From Wallemia ichthyophaga EXF-994 (lineage: Eukaryota > Fungi > Basidiomycota), in contig NW_008806291.1 in NCBI RefSeq assembly GCF_000400465.1, positions 215,925 through 247,924 on the forward strand: a stretch of DNA of 32,000 bases. The letters run 5' to 3'. Shown here in pieces: positions 19,935-31,322 of this stretch. The notes below the pieces were generated by a model, which was not told the DNA's origin, did no database searches, and saw only the letters and a program-made list of their open reading frames with translations. A program made the position numbers and the translations under genes. Within the stretch, counting starts at the first letter, position 1, and every line of letters begins with the position of its first letter.

Positions 19935-21160
19935 CTATGTGCCATGTGTGATATGCCCACCTAATAACCCCCCAAACACACTCTCACCGTCCTTGTCATT
20001 CCTCTCCGCCTCCGCCTGCCTCTTCTTGCGCTTGTCCAAATCCACCTTGTCCCCCTCTTCCTGCTTGAGTCTGTGCATCGCCGTACCTTCCACCTTGCTT
20101 GGATCCTGCCACGCCTTGAGCCTCCTGTCGATATCCTGCACGCTCTCCTTATTGAGCGTGTTGCTGCTTTTGTACGTGTTGATGAGATGGACAACCCCTT
20201 CAATTGCCGTGTGTGGTGGCGGTTGTGCGTTGAAAGCGTTTCTTTTCCATTCTATGTATGCGTCTGTTAGTGTCCTGTTGGCCATAATGAAGCATCCCAA
20301 TGCGATTTGACTAGGCGAGTAAACCAACTCGGCGCAAGTGAGCCTAGACATTCTAACCAGCTGTCTAACCTCGCCAAACAACCCATCCAGCTCCTGCTGC
20401 GGGGTAGTCTGCATGCTTTGCATATCTAAATACACCCCCCACGCCGCGCGGTGTGCTGGATGTGTGGCATACTCGAACCGCAGATTCTGCGAGAGGAGAA
20501 ATTCGATATCGAGGATGCTCGAAGTGCTTATCTTGCCTTTACCAATATGCTTGGCGAAATCTGCGACGCTTACGGGTGCATTGACTGTTTTAGTAGCGAT
20601 GAAGAGGCATGTTAGCCTGCGCAGTGTGTGAGGAACGCGTATGAGCTAACTGCACAACACTCCACCCACATTACTCGCTTCGGATGTAGATCCATCACGC
20701 TGTTGAACAGGTAGACGCGCTTAATGTACGTGATGGCACTTGCTTCGACCACCTCGGGAAACTGGAAGAGGTTGCAAATAGGTTTTACCTGGCTGAGGTA
20801 GTACACGATCAGCCTATCTTCCTCGTCTGTCGAGGGTGGTGTGGTTTTTGCGGTACTTGCACTTGCGCTTGTGCTTGATTGCGAAGCTGCATTCAGCGCC
20901 TCCTCCTTCTCCCAACCCGCACGCGCTAGTGCGATAGCCTTGGCGTTGGCGCTCTCCCGGTGCTCCCGCAGCGCCGTCTCGCTAAATCGCCAGTGGCGGT
21001 ACTGCGAGCTGTCGTGGTAGAGTGGGTGTTGATGTGGTGGATGTGGATGCTCTGTGTGCGTGTCGTCGCCCGCGTCCACGCTGCCCGCCCCTTCTGCGCT
21101 ATCAAGAAGAATCATGTCATTCTTCCTATCGCCCGTGTCATTCTCGCGCATGCTATCCAT
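19935..21160 (-). CDS. CCL1: Cyclin H (TFIIH/CAK cyclin, Ccl1/Mcs2)
   Basis: Exons 21160-20670 and 20616-19935 (53-nt intron); 390 aa. Motifs LYHDSSQYRHWRFS, EASAITYIKRVYLFNSVMDLHPKRVMLTCLFIATK, EFLLSQNLRF and LVYSPSQIALGC. The exact start Met is uncertain (21160, 21151 or later). Confidence 0.92.
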
Positions 21161-21198
21161 AATGACGGTTTTGCACAACCACCGCGACGACGACCTCA

Positions 21199-22467
21199 AT
21201 GACGACGATAACGATACAAAACAAACACTTGGCTCTCGGCGCAGCCTCGCTACTGCTCTCCTTCCACCTTTACAGGCTGGTAGGTGGTCTATTTGCAAAC
21301 ACGCCGCCGCCAGCCCCGAGTCACGGCTACAGCGTGCGCGTGGAGCGTGGTCTGGGCGGTATTGAACGCGACAGCGACACCGCTCGCGCAGTTGATGAGG
21401 TTTATCCGCCCGATGCCTTCCCCGGCGGCGGCGATGTTCGTCTGCCACACGGCCGCATCAAGTACTATATACTCGGACCTCAAGAGGGGGAGAAGGTAGG
21501 TGTGGATGGCGGAGAGAGCGCCCGATATCCCCCTCTCACACCCCACCGCAGATCGTCCTCGTTCACGGCTTCAGCTCGCCCTGTATCATCTGGCGCGAAC
21601 TCGCAGTCAGTCTCGCAGGAGCTGGCTATAGAGTGCTCATGTATGATCACTACGGGAGAGGCTATAGTGACCATCCCATCGTCGAGTACTCAGGTGCCCT
21701 CTACACTTGCACCCTCGCACTCCTCATGCACCACGTCGGCTTTGCAAGAGCCACGCTGTGTGGTTTATCGATGGGCGGGCCAATTGTCGTTAACTTTGCG
21801 GATGTGTTCCCGGATATGGTCAATAGCATCATCCTTCTCGCCCCCGCTGGCCTTATGGACGACGCACCATTCACAACAGCCCGCTCGATCGATCCTAAGA
21901 GCTTCATTGAGGCGCCACATTGGCTCAGACGTATCTTGAAACCTTCTGGGCCTGCCAATTACAACGCAAGTGAGATGCCAGATAATCTCAGAATGCTCGC
22001 CAAGGTGAGTGAGACATTTACGCAAATCACTCAGCACTCACCGCACACCACCTACACACCAGATGTCAGCTATACAGGGCCAGCGCACGCCTTTCGTTCA
22101 CGCCCTGCTGTCCACCCTGCGCGAAGGGATACTGTTTAACCAAGACGAGGTGTTCAAGGCGGTGGGCAGGCGCGGAAGGAGGGTGCATATAGTATGGGTG
22201 GGTTGTGTATGATATGGCGGCCGACACTCTCACCCAAAATTTCGCAGGGCACCGCCGACAATATTGTCCCCTACTCGCTCAGCAAGCGTATGCTAGAGTG
22301 AGTGGGCTTTTACTCTCGCCACTCTCGCCACTCACACCGCTCACTCACGCAGGTACATGCCGCAAGCCTCGCTCGACACCATTGTGGATGGCGGACATGA
22401 CCTCGCCATCACCAATGCCGACCACGTCCACCGCTCCATCGTTGCGTTTATGAAGGAGCAATCGTAG
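21199..22467 (+). CDS. Alpha/beta-hydrolase with N-terminal membrane anchor
   Basis: Exons 21199-21495, 21552-22004, 22063-22197, 22248-22297 and 22353-22467; 349 aa. Motifs VLVHGF, YDHYGRGYSD, GLSMGG (nucleophile), WGTADNIVP (Asp) and GGHDL (His). Confidence 0.92.
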
Positions 22468-22580
22468 TATTGAAAAGATCATGTACAAGGCTGTAGTGGG
22501 TATTTAATGTTATGTTATTAGAAAGAATGTTTAGTTTTGAGTGGGAATATGCAAATGCATTTGTGAATTTGTTCATTTTC

Positions 22581-23224
22581 TTACAACACACCCCTAATAC
22601 GCCTGCATAGAGTAAGATAAGCAACTCACCACACACTAAACTCACATGCATACACAAATAATCAGCAGGCAGTGGCGGTACTGGAGGAGCATTTTCCTCC
22701 ACTGTATAAGCGCGTTTGCGCGTTTTAGAAGGCACGCTCTTACGTGGTGAGCGAACGTCGGAGGATGGTGGGGGAGAGTAGGTGTGCGCGCCGCTTGTGT
22801 TAGTTTGGTTGAGTGGGTGTGAGGGGGTGTGAGATTCCTCTGCCTCAGCGTCTGTCTCACAACGCACAGCGCCCCCGCCAAACATACTCTTGGTACGCAT
22901 TCTCGGTGGACTAGATGGACTGTCGAGGGTGAGTGAGTTGCGGATCTTTCTTCCACCACGGCCAAGGCTATTAACACTACTGACGCTACTGCGGCTACCT
23001 TTTCTCTCCCACCTCCCGTTTTTCACCCTTTTCAACCCTTTTTCACCATTCTCTTTGGACATTGCAGTTGCAGCTCCAGAGACATCGACAATATCCAAGT
23101 CTTTGAGCCACTTGTTGGAATGGTGGAGTAGCTCCGGACGTGATATGCGCTCGTTATCCTCCCACTCACCTTCCTTGCTGCGGAATCTCGTCTTGAGTGC
23201 ACGGGCGAATTTCCTAAAGGGCAT
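22581..23224 (-). CDS. Hypothetical basic S/R/P-rich protein
   Basis: ORF from ATG 23224. Probably spliced near its 3' end (acceptor CAG at 22605-22603; donor at 22645 or 22655), giving a stop at 22594 or 22581 rather than 22448. Confidence 0.65.
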
Positions 23225-23573
23225 CTTACGTTGGAGTTGTAAGTTGTAAGTTGCTATACAAGAGTTCGAGAACGTATCTGCTTGTTTGACCCCTCCGCAA
23301 GATTGATTCTTTGAAAGGTGTTGCCCTGGAAAATTTGAACGCTTTGTTTGGACAGTGGGGGGAGGGAATTGTTGAGCGGTGTATTCATGTTGTTACGGGC
23401 TCTATGAGCAGCTAGAAATCAACAAACACAAGTAAACCACATCAGCCAAAAAGAAAGACAATTAAAAACAAAAGGTTATATCGAAATAAATAACAAGAAG
23501 GGGTAAAATGGGTCAAAAACCTTATAAGAAGCATGTAAGAAGCGGGTAAAATAATACTATCAACTGGGAATAT

Positions 23574-24521
23574 CTAAGTAGTGCGTCGTGGCACAGTAGA
23601 TTGCGTTGGCTTGAGCGAGGTGGGTAATCTAGTAGAAACATTGGTAGTCCTCGGAGCTCTCAATTTCAACTCTTTCGGCAGAAAGGGTACTGGGGGTATG
23701 TTGTAGGTAGGATTAGGAGATGTAAAAATTGGTTTATGTGGTCGGGGAGTGTCTTGAGGGATGCTGCTGCTGCTGCTTTTGCGAGGGATGGAGGTCTTTA
23801 TAGTGGGAGTGGTGTTCGAAGTGGGAGGGGTATATTTGGTGTTGGGAGTGGTGATGTTAGTGGTTGTGCTAGATCTGCTACTCCTACTACTCCTGTTACT
23901 GGTGCAACTTGAATTGCTTGAAGGAGTACGATTGCTTGCAGAAACATCGACACCCAAACCAACGCTAATGGTTGAGTCACCGAGAGCAGACCTCGACGAA
24001 ATTGTAGATTTTGGAGAGGAGGAAGAGTGAGAATAGGAATATGGGGATAGAGAGACAGCACTACCCCTTCTACTATCCTTTAAAGCCCTTTTACTGGCTT
24101 TAAGTTTGAGTCTATTGGAAGGTGGAGGTGGAGGACCTAGACAGTGTCTGTCGTCATCATCGCTCCAGCCTTGAGAGGGAGAGTGAGTAGAGGAATAACC
24201 ATACTTTCTAGCTACGTATGTTAAATCAGATGAGATATCGATATCGCTTTCCTCAGAGACATTTCCATCGGATGTATTGTTTGGATTCTTCTGAGGCCTC
24301 GGAGTTGACTTTAATAGGCTTTTTAGCTTGGGTGAGGATGGCCGGGTATTCTTTGGCGTCATTGGCAGTGGGATCCTTGGTGGTGTCTTTGGGTTGAACG
24401 GTGTGTCTGCCACTACTGTAAATGGCTCTTTCTCAACTCTCACAGGTGGAATAGGGAATAAAAGCCTGTTTTCTGTTTAAATTCCATACTTTAATTTACT
24501 TCAAACTAACAATTCATTCAT
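23574..24521 (-). CDS. Hypothetical S/T/P-rich disordered protein
   Basis: An 11-nt first exon (24521-24511, ATG AAT GAA TT) and a 45-nt GTTAGT..CAG intron join in frame to the 289-aa ORF, giving MNELLLFPIPPVRVEK... Confidence 0.7.
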
Positions 24522-24963
24522 TTCATCGTCGACGTGCGTATTAAAGGAATGTAGTCCCTTCACTCCGAGTTTCTCCGGATGAAATGAAAATCTTCATTAA
24601 ATCTAATAAATACAAATTATTTTCTATACTTAATGTTTGTTAGTTTGTGTAACGAACCAAACACCCCCTCAACACTCCCACAATTAAAATCAGAAACGAG
24701 CGAATTCCGTGATATGCAATTTGACTTCATGGATCTCAGTGGAAAGATGAAACATCATTTGGTATTTTGTGTAGTGTTGAGTGGGTGCATATATCATTCA
24801 ACTCACCTCATCGACGTACGAATTTAAGAAGGAAGTCACCCACCAAAAATTATTTATGCCAATCCAGAAAATAAAATCATCTTAATTAAATTTTATTTAA
24901 ATTTACTTATTTATTTATTTCTTCATCTCATTTCCTCACCCATCTCCCCTCTCTCCCCCCACC

Positions 24964-26653
24964 ATGCTCTCCGTCGACGACGTTGCCCATTATCTCCACC
25001 AGCTCCCTGGTTCTTCAATTTTCCTCCGCTACGTGCGCTCATCCTATCAAAATGATCCTTGGCGCTCTCTTCTCGAACTTCTACTCTTCCTATTCGCTTT
25101 ACGCGTCTGGCTATCGAAGCGGACCAGAGGTGATTCTGAGAAAGGCTTTATAAGGCTATCTGAGGGTGTATGTTTCTTCTTCCTCTCATTTCACCTCTCA
25201 TTTATCTCAAATTCCACAGGAAATTGACGAGCTTATCGACGATTGGCAGCCAGAGCCTCTGGTACCTACAAATCAACCACACAAGCCACCTCCAACCATT
25301 CTAGGTCCTCCTTCTATAAAACCTCGCGTTTTACTCCCTCAACAACCCATCGAACGCGCTAAACAAGTCACTAACCTCGTTTCATACAACTTTCTCGGTT
25401 TGCTAGGTGACCAACGTATTAAAGACGCTGCCACTAATGCTCTCCGTGTCTATGGCGTTGGTAGTTGCGGTCCTCCCGGTTTCTATGGCAACATGGATGC
25501 ACACATCGCCCTCGAGAAGAGTATAGCTCAGACTCTTGGCGCTGAATCTGCTATTATCTACAGTCAGGGTTTCGCCACCATTGTCTCCGTTATTCCCACT
25601 TTCGCCAAGCGCGGTGATATCATCGTCGCTGATGAGGGCTGCTCTTTCGCCATCAGGAAGGGTCTCCAGATCAGCAGGAGCACCGTGCGCTGGTACAAGC
25701 ACAACGACATGAATAGCCTTGAAGCTGTCCTCGATGGTGTCAATAGAGAAGCCAAGCGCAGGAAGTCCCCTCTTACCAGACGTTTCATCTGCTCAGAGGG
25801 TATCTTCCAAAACGATGGCACGCTCGCTAACCTTAAGAGGATGTGTGAGCTGAAACGCAAGTACAAATACAGGTTGATCCTCGACGAGAGTTATAGCTTT
25901 GGTGTGGTGGGTAGTACAGGACGCGGTTTGACTGAGTTGTTTGATGTGCCGGCGAGAGATGTTGACATACTCGTTGGCTCGATGGCCAATACTCTCGGCG
26001 GAGCAGGTGGATTCTGTGCTGGCGAGTCTGTAGTAGTTGAGCACCAGCGAATAAACTCTGCCGCCTTCATTTTTGTGAGTGTCGAGTGTACAAATTAACA
26101 GCCAATCTAACGCCTCTCCTAATAGTCTGCATCCCTCCCGCCAATCATGGCCGTCAGCGCCAATAAGACTCTATCTATCCTTAACTCCTCCAGTGGTCCC
26201 TCTCTCGTGCAAGCACTGCAAAGCAATATTGCTACTTTTCGAAGTGCGCTGACTGGGCTCGATAGCTTACAGTGCGCATCCCACCCCCTCGCACCTATCC
26301 AACATGTTTTTTTTACCCCCAGTAAAGAATACCAGGTGATGAATATGTCGAGTGCAGTAGAGAACACAGATGAAGAAAAAATAGAGTCAATATGGGAGGA
26401 TATAGCTGAAGACGCACTTTCTAATGGTGTATTCGTCACCGTCGCTCGCCATCTCAGAGGCCAGGAGGGAGATATTGGCGCTCTATCAGCTGGTCCTAAC
26501 ATGCGCGTCCCCCCAGGCGGCGCTACTCCCCCTTCCGAACCACGTCCTAGTATTAAAGTGGCTATCTCCGCCGCTCTCTCCAAAAAGGAGACCGAGAAAG
26601 CTGCACTCACTCTCAAAAACTCTGTCAATAGGGTACTTAAAAGGCGTTCGTGA
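24964..26653 (+). CDS. LCB1: Serine palmitoyltransferase subunit 1
   Basis: Exons 24964-25167, 25220-26074 and 26126-26653; 528 aa. Motifs IDELIDDWQPEPL, YGVGSCGPPGFYG, IIYSQGF, ISRSTVRWYKHNDM, ILDESYSFG and GSMANTLG (no PLP lysine, as expected for LCB1), then FSASLP. Confidence 0.97.
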
Positions 26654-26739
26654 GTGCTTGCTTGTCGGTGTGGCTTCAAGTGCTTATTTAATAACGTTTT
26701 GTGGATACACTACACTACTTAATTGATTATTTCATACCT

Positions 26740-27109
26740 TTAAGCGGGTACGAGCGTGTGAATAGCAGCTCTGCTACATTCATTCTTTACGTGCGAATCC
26801 TCGATGACTTAAGAATGCAGTATCACCACACTGGCGAAGCAAATTTTCAGCATATTTGATCCATATGCTGGCAGAAAATGTACAACAATACTGACAAACT
26901 TGGCGTAGTCATTGTTAGCGCTTGCGAGTTTCTGCGTGTGTTAGATGTGTAAGTGGTGTATCTCGCCTGACTCACCTTTATGTGCGATCGAGAGGACCAC
27001 AATAGTCCACCCAATTTTCAAACGCGTAGCATAAAACACCTTTGTGTGAGCTCAGCACCCTTTCGAAATCTTCACGGGAGTTCACGTGCGTTTTCGCTTC
27101 AAAAGTCAA
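26740..27109 (-). pseudogene. Decayed thioredoxin-fold gene
   Basis: Clean 44-nt intron at 26975-26932 (GTGAGT...CTAAC...CAG). The flanking frames read HVNSREDFERVLSSHKGVLCYAFENWVDYCGPLDRT/KKLASANNDYAKFVSIVV and align almost gap-free with the thioredoxin at 13.2-13.7 kb. Needs a 1-nt frameshift correction, has an in-frame TAA at 26811 and has TTG at the presumed start. Confidence 0.45.
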
Positions 27110-27141
27110 TAGAAAACTTTGACGTGTTAATTGTGAACGCT

Positions 27142-27502
27142 ATGTTTAGGTATGAATTTCGGATCAAATGCCCCATATATAGATTTCTTGAAAGCTGCCA
27201 GACTGATCGAATTATTGAAAAGCGATGATTTTTTCACTTCCCCGCGTGACGTCCTTAGCGCTAACAAAGAAGTTACATCCGAATTCAGTTATGAGAGCGA
27301 TTATGTGCTTCCAGTCACACAATCTCTCTTTATGTGTCTTGACTTTGAGCTTCGCAAGCTCGTTCCTAATTCTTGTATTGGAAATAAGCATTCTTTTGTG
27401 TGCAATATTCTTGCTTTTTTTTATTCCCGATGGTCTGCAATTCTACTTGGATCAGTAAGACAGCAATGCGATGCAGCTCAAAACAACAGTAAGACATTTT
27501 GA
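27142..27502 (+). CDS. Possible small hypothetical gene or remnant
   Basis: 116-aa ORF from ATG 27152. Alternatively ATG 27142 plus a 51-nt GTATGA..CAG intron (27150-27200) rejoins the same frame. No recognisable family. Confidence 0.3.
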
Positions 27503-27940
27503 TCCATCCAACTGAGATCACAGTATTACATCATAAAACCCAATTTGGAAGGTGCGCAGCGGTATGCGCAGTCGCTTAGCACGCATGGCTGGATTCAATG
27601 CTTGATTCTCTTGTTTCTTACGCTCAATAAACTTATGAAATTACACAATTAACTTAAATCACAGTTCATCGTGCATAAGATCCACATGCACCAGCACAAG
27701 CTCACGCTCAATATCCAGTTCAATGTCTGAGATATGACTGAATGCATCATTCTTCGCGCTTATCATTCTTATCATTATGCAAAACGACACACACAGCAAC
27801 TTCAGATCATTCTAGGCCGCCCAAGCCTCATGTCCATTCATATTTGACCACTTGACCGAACGCCTTCATTCCAAAGGCTAGATAGATAATGAGCGAAACA
27901 AGTCCAGTTGCATCTCTTCAACTTCTCTATCATACACAAA

Positions 27941-29435
27941 ATGTCTACAAAGGAGTATGAAATTAAAGAGATGGAACAAATCTCGCAATCCCCAGAGTCA
28001 GTCTACTCGGATGCGGATTTTCACAAGAAACAGAAGAAAGTGTTGAGGAAAATCGATATCAGGATACTCAGCTTGACTGCCATTGCATACATGCTCAACC
28101 ACATTGACAGAACGAATCTTGCTAATGTAAGAATCATGAATACAGATGTAGAGGGTTCGTCCATGGTCGATCAACTTGACCTCCACGATGGCAGATTCGG
28201 ACATATAATCACAGCCTTCTACGCAGCCTACATTGTTTTTGAGATACCTTCCAACCTACTCCTCAAGCGATTCGGCCCATCGAAGCACATTTCGAGAATT
28301 GTTATTGGTTGGGGAATCGTTACCGTCTGCTCAGCAGCAGTGCAAACTTACGAAGGCATGATTGTAAACAGAATCGCTCTCGCTGTGGCTGAATCGGGGT
28401 TTTTTCCAGGCATTCTTTATTATTTTACGTTTTGGTATAATGACGATGAAAGAGCGTCTCGTTTTGCTTTCTTCGTCGCATCTTCCAGTTTATCAGGCGC
28501 TTTTTCAGGACTATTGGCTACAGGATGCTCTTATTTGAACGGCTTAGGTCATCCCGCTCTGTCCGGCTGGCGGTGGCTCAATATAATTGAAGGTGAGTCT
28601 GCTACTGAAAGTTTTGACACACTCTTATAACACACGCTCAGGTGTACCAACCGTTATCGTTGGGATATTGATATACTTCCTCCTCCCAGACTACCCAGAA
28701 ACTGCAAAGTTTCTCACAGAAGAGGAGCGCCAGATTGCAGTTCAGCGCTTAGGTGAATCTGCGACCAAGAAAGACGAGGGGAAAATCAATATGTCTTCCA
28801 TCGTGGGTGTTTTAAAGCAATGGGATTTCTGGTTTTTTGCCTTAATGTGGCTGCTTTTGGCCAATGGCACCGCTGCATTCTCATTCTTCGCTCCTTCCAT
28901 AATCAACGATCTCGATCCAGATTTTCAGGGTGTCAAAGCACAGCTGATCAGTATCCCACCATCAGTACTGGCATTTGTACTCACCATCACCTGCGGATAT
29001 CTCTCCGATCGTACTCGCAATAGACCAGGGTTTATCATATTGGGCGTGGTGCTGGTAAGCTGTGGATACTTGATTCTTGCAGTGGATAAGAAGGTCGTTG
29101 GACCACGTTTACTGGCTGTTTTCCTCCTCGCGCTCGCAAACATTGCCATCATACCACTAGCGGCTTTTAGACAATCCCTTCAAAGACTACAGTCAAGTAA
29201 CTCAGACAGCACTGCTGTGGGTTTTAGCGGTAGTGCTACGGTGGCCATCGCCAATGCGTCTGGGTTGATTGCCCCAGCTATCCTCGATAGCTCACTCCGG
29301 CTCGACTACAAATGTTACATTCTCCTTGCACTCTTTATAGTCGCTGGAATCCAAGCTATCTTCTGTTGGTGGTGGTTTGGCGCAGGTGTCGAACTCAAGA
29401 AATCCAACAATGAGAAGGAGGAGTCTTCCTCTTAG
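27941..29435 (+). CDS. MFS transporter, allantoate/anion:cation symporter family (Dal5/Tna1-like)
   Basis: Exons 27941-28592 and 28642-29435; 481 aa. Motifs LRKIDIRIL, LNHIDRTNLAN, FEIPSNLLLKRFGP, AESGFFPGILYYFTFWY, WRWLNIIEGVPT, LPDYPETAKFLTEEER and YLSDRTRNR. Confidence 0.95.
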
Positions 29436-29804
29436 TGATGAGCAACTTTCTAAAATTGTCAGGATATTCTTCTTCGGGTCTTATTTTTATGTTGCGCTAT
29501 CCTCACATAATGTATGGATGCGCAGTTTTAGTTTGTACTAGTCTTTAACAATTGAATATTTATTTCTTTTATTTCTTCAATTTATTTATGTTAAAAAATT
29601 TAGGTTTGTGTAAGAACTTGCAACGGCACACGACAATATAGTCCGGTTTCGTCACTAATGTCTTAGGCGGAATGTGGCTGTGATAGTTTTGTGTCGGTGT
29701 TGTTTTGTTTCGCAGCCAAAATTTGCAACAAAGGCTGTCAAAATACGAGATATCTTGATGTAAGATGCTTTTGAAGTACTCGATACTTATTGTGCCAGAA
29801 CCGT

Positions 29805-30785
29805 TTCTGCCGTGACGATAAATCCCGAGAGAAAGACGTAAGTGAGCACACCCACTCCGACCGCAATGTAGATAAAGTCAATATTTGATACTGACGGAAT
29901 ATTTTCCTCAAAGTCGTCACAACAGGTTGGAGTGTTCTTGCACTCGTCTGCGGTGTGTCAGAGAGGAAGAACACCGTGAATATCACTCACCTTCGATAGC
30001 AACTCCCAGCTCGAGCTCAATCGTCACTCCAACGCCGGATCCGTGCCTTGGTGCAAAGGTTCAAGTGGGAGAAATTTGGCCAAGTTGGCAGCGGAAAGAG
30101 GTGGGGAAGCCGAAGCAGGGGAAAGTTATCACAGACAAAGATATATTCAAAGATATGGCGACAGTATAAAGTCAGGCATCTTGTACACCTCACATGATGT
30201 ATTATATCTGCACCCGCTTTGCGCATATCGCGCCGTGCATTCAATCTCCTTCTTCATCCCTTACCATCATCAACCATGCCATCAGGAAGCGGGCTTTCTA
30301 ACAGATTATCCAGAGGCTCTTAGGCTGCGCGCGCGGATATCGAGCTGGAGATGCTAGAAGCCGAGGCAGATACGGACATAGATCACACCTACTTTGCAGA
30401 GGATCTTCAAAAAATGGATAGCTGCAGACGCGATTTTATTACCTATTGGGAAACCTTGTACGAGTCTAATGAGACCTGGGAGTCGTTGTTCGATAACATC
30501 GCCCTTGACCGCTCGTCAATTTCCAAGCTGTTTCAAGTCGTCGCCAAGTTTCTGGTCAGCAGAGTATTACTGAATGTTGGCAAGCAAGGTAATATCCATC
30601 ATGAGAACAACCGAATTATTTATGGCACTTTCATAAAATGGACGGCGGTATCTCTGCTATGGGTTAAGCAAAAGGTCAGCAAAAGAAGACTAGACGGCTG
30701 TGTCATTTTAGATGGCTTCAACAAAGACGAAAAGGACGGCTTAAAGTTCAGGCTTGCTGAATATTGCAAAGCTCGTGGAATTTAG
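29805..30785 (+). pseudogene. 144-aa ORF (30351-30785) that may be the intact tail of a longer disrupted gene
   Basis: The same frame upstream reads protein-like (QRRIRALVQRFKWEKFGQVGSGKRWG...) but is broken by stops at 29886, 29892, 29997, 30195 and 30321. No family recognised; the upstream frame assignment is uncertain. Confidence 0.4.
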
Positions 30786-31322
30786 ATGAATCCAGTCCGT
30801 TTACCCACGCAGCGCCAGTATTACAGCTAGTTACAATTCATACAGATCTCCGAACAAATATGGAAGGAAACATATAGCAGAACTCAACACAGTCATAAGC
30901 TGATGGCTACTTCTGGCAACCTACCCCAACAACCCATCCCATCACTTTGTTTAATGCTTCGAGGACGTGCGTCTCGATCACAATGAGACCAATTGTCTTA
31001 CTGTCTTGCATGTCAAGAAAAACTCCGTAAAAGTTAGTTTGATGTGGAATAAATGTCTGTCAGTGCAAGAAAGAGCGAACTCCACATGCTTGGGTAGTTT
31101 TATCGCGTTTTGTCTTTGCCTTGCCAGTCGCTGTAACGGTATCACAAATCATTCAATTCAGCGTTAGTATAATATTAGACTTCGAGTGCTCACGAATTGT
31201 TCCAGTTAAACATGCTTCCTCGTACAGACTCTCTGGTTTATCACAATAAAATGACCCCGAAGTGTTTATAAGAGGATGCAGAGTTTGCTTTCTATTTCAC
31301 TACACTCTCATCAAACCAAATA

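Noticed and set aside
22448-22467. Apparent coding overlap between the hydrolase and the minus-strand 258-aa ORF
   Set aside because: The minus gene most likely splices and stops at 22594 or 22581; the unspliced tail reads like AT-rich UTR.
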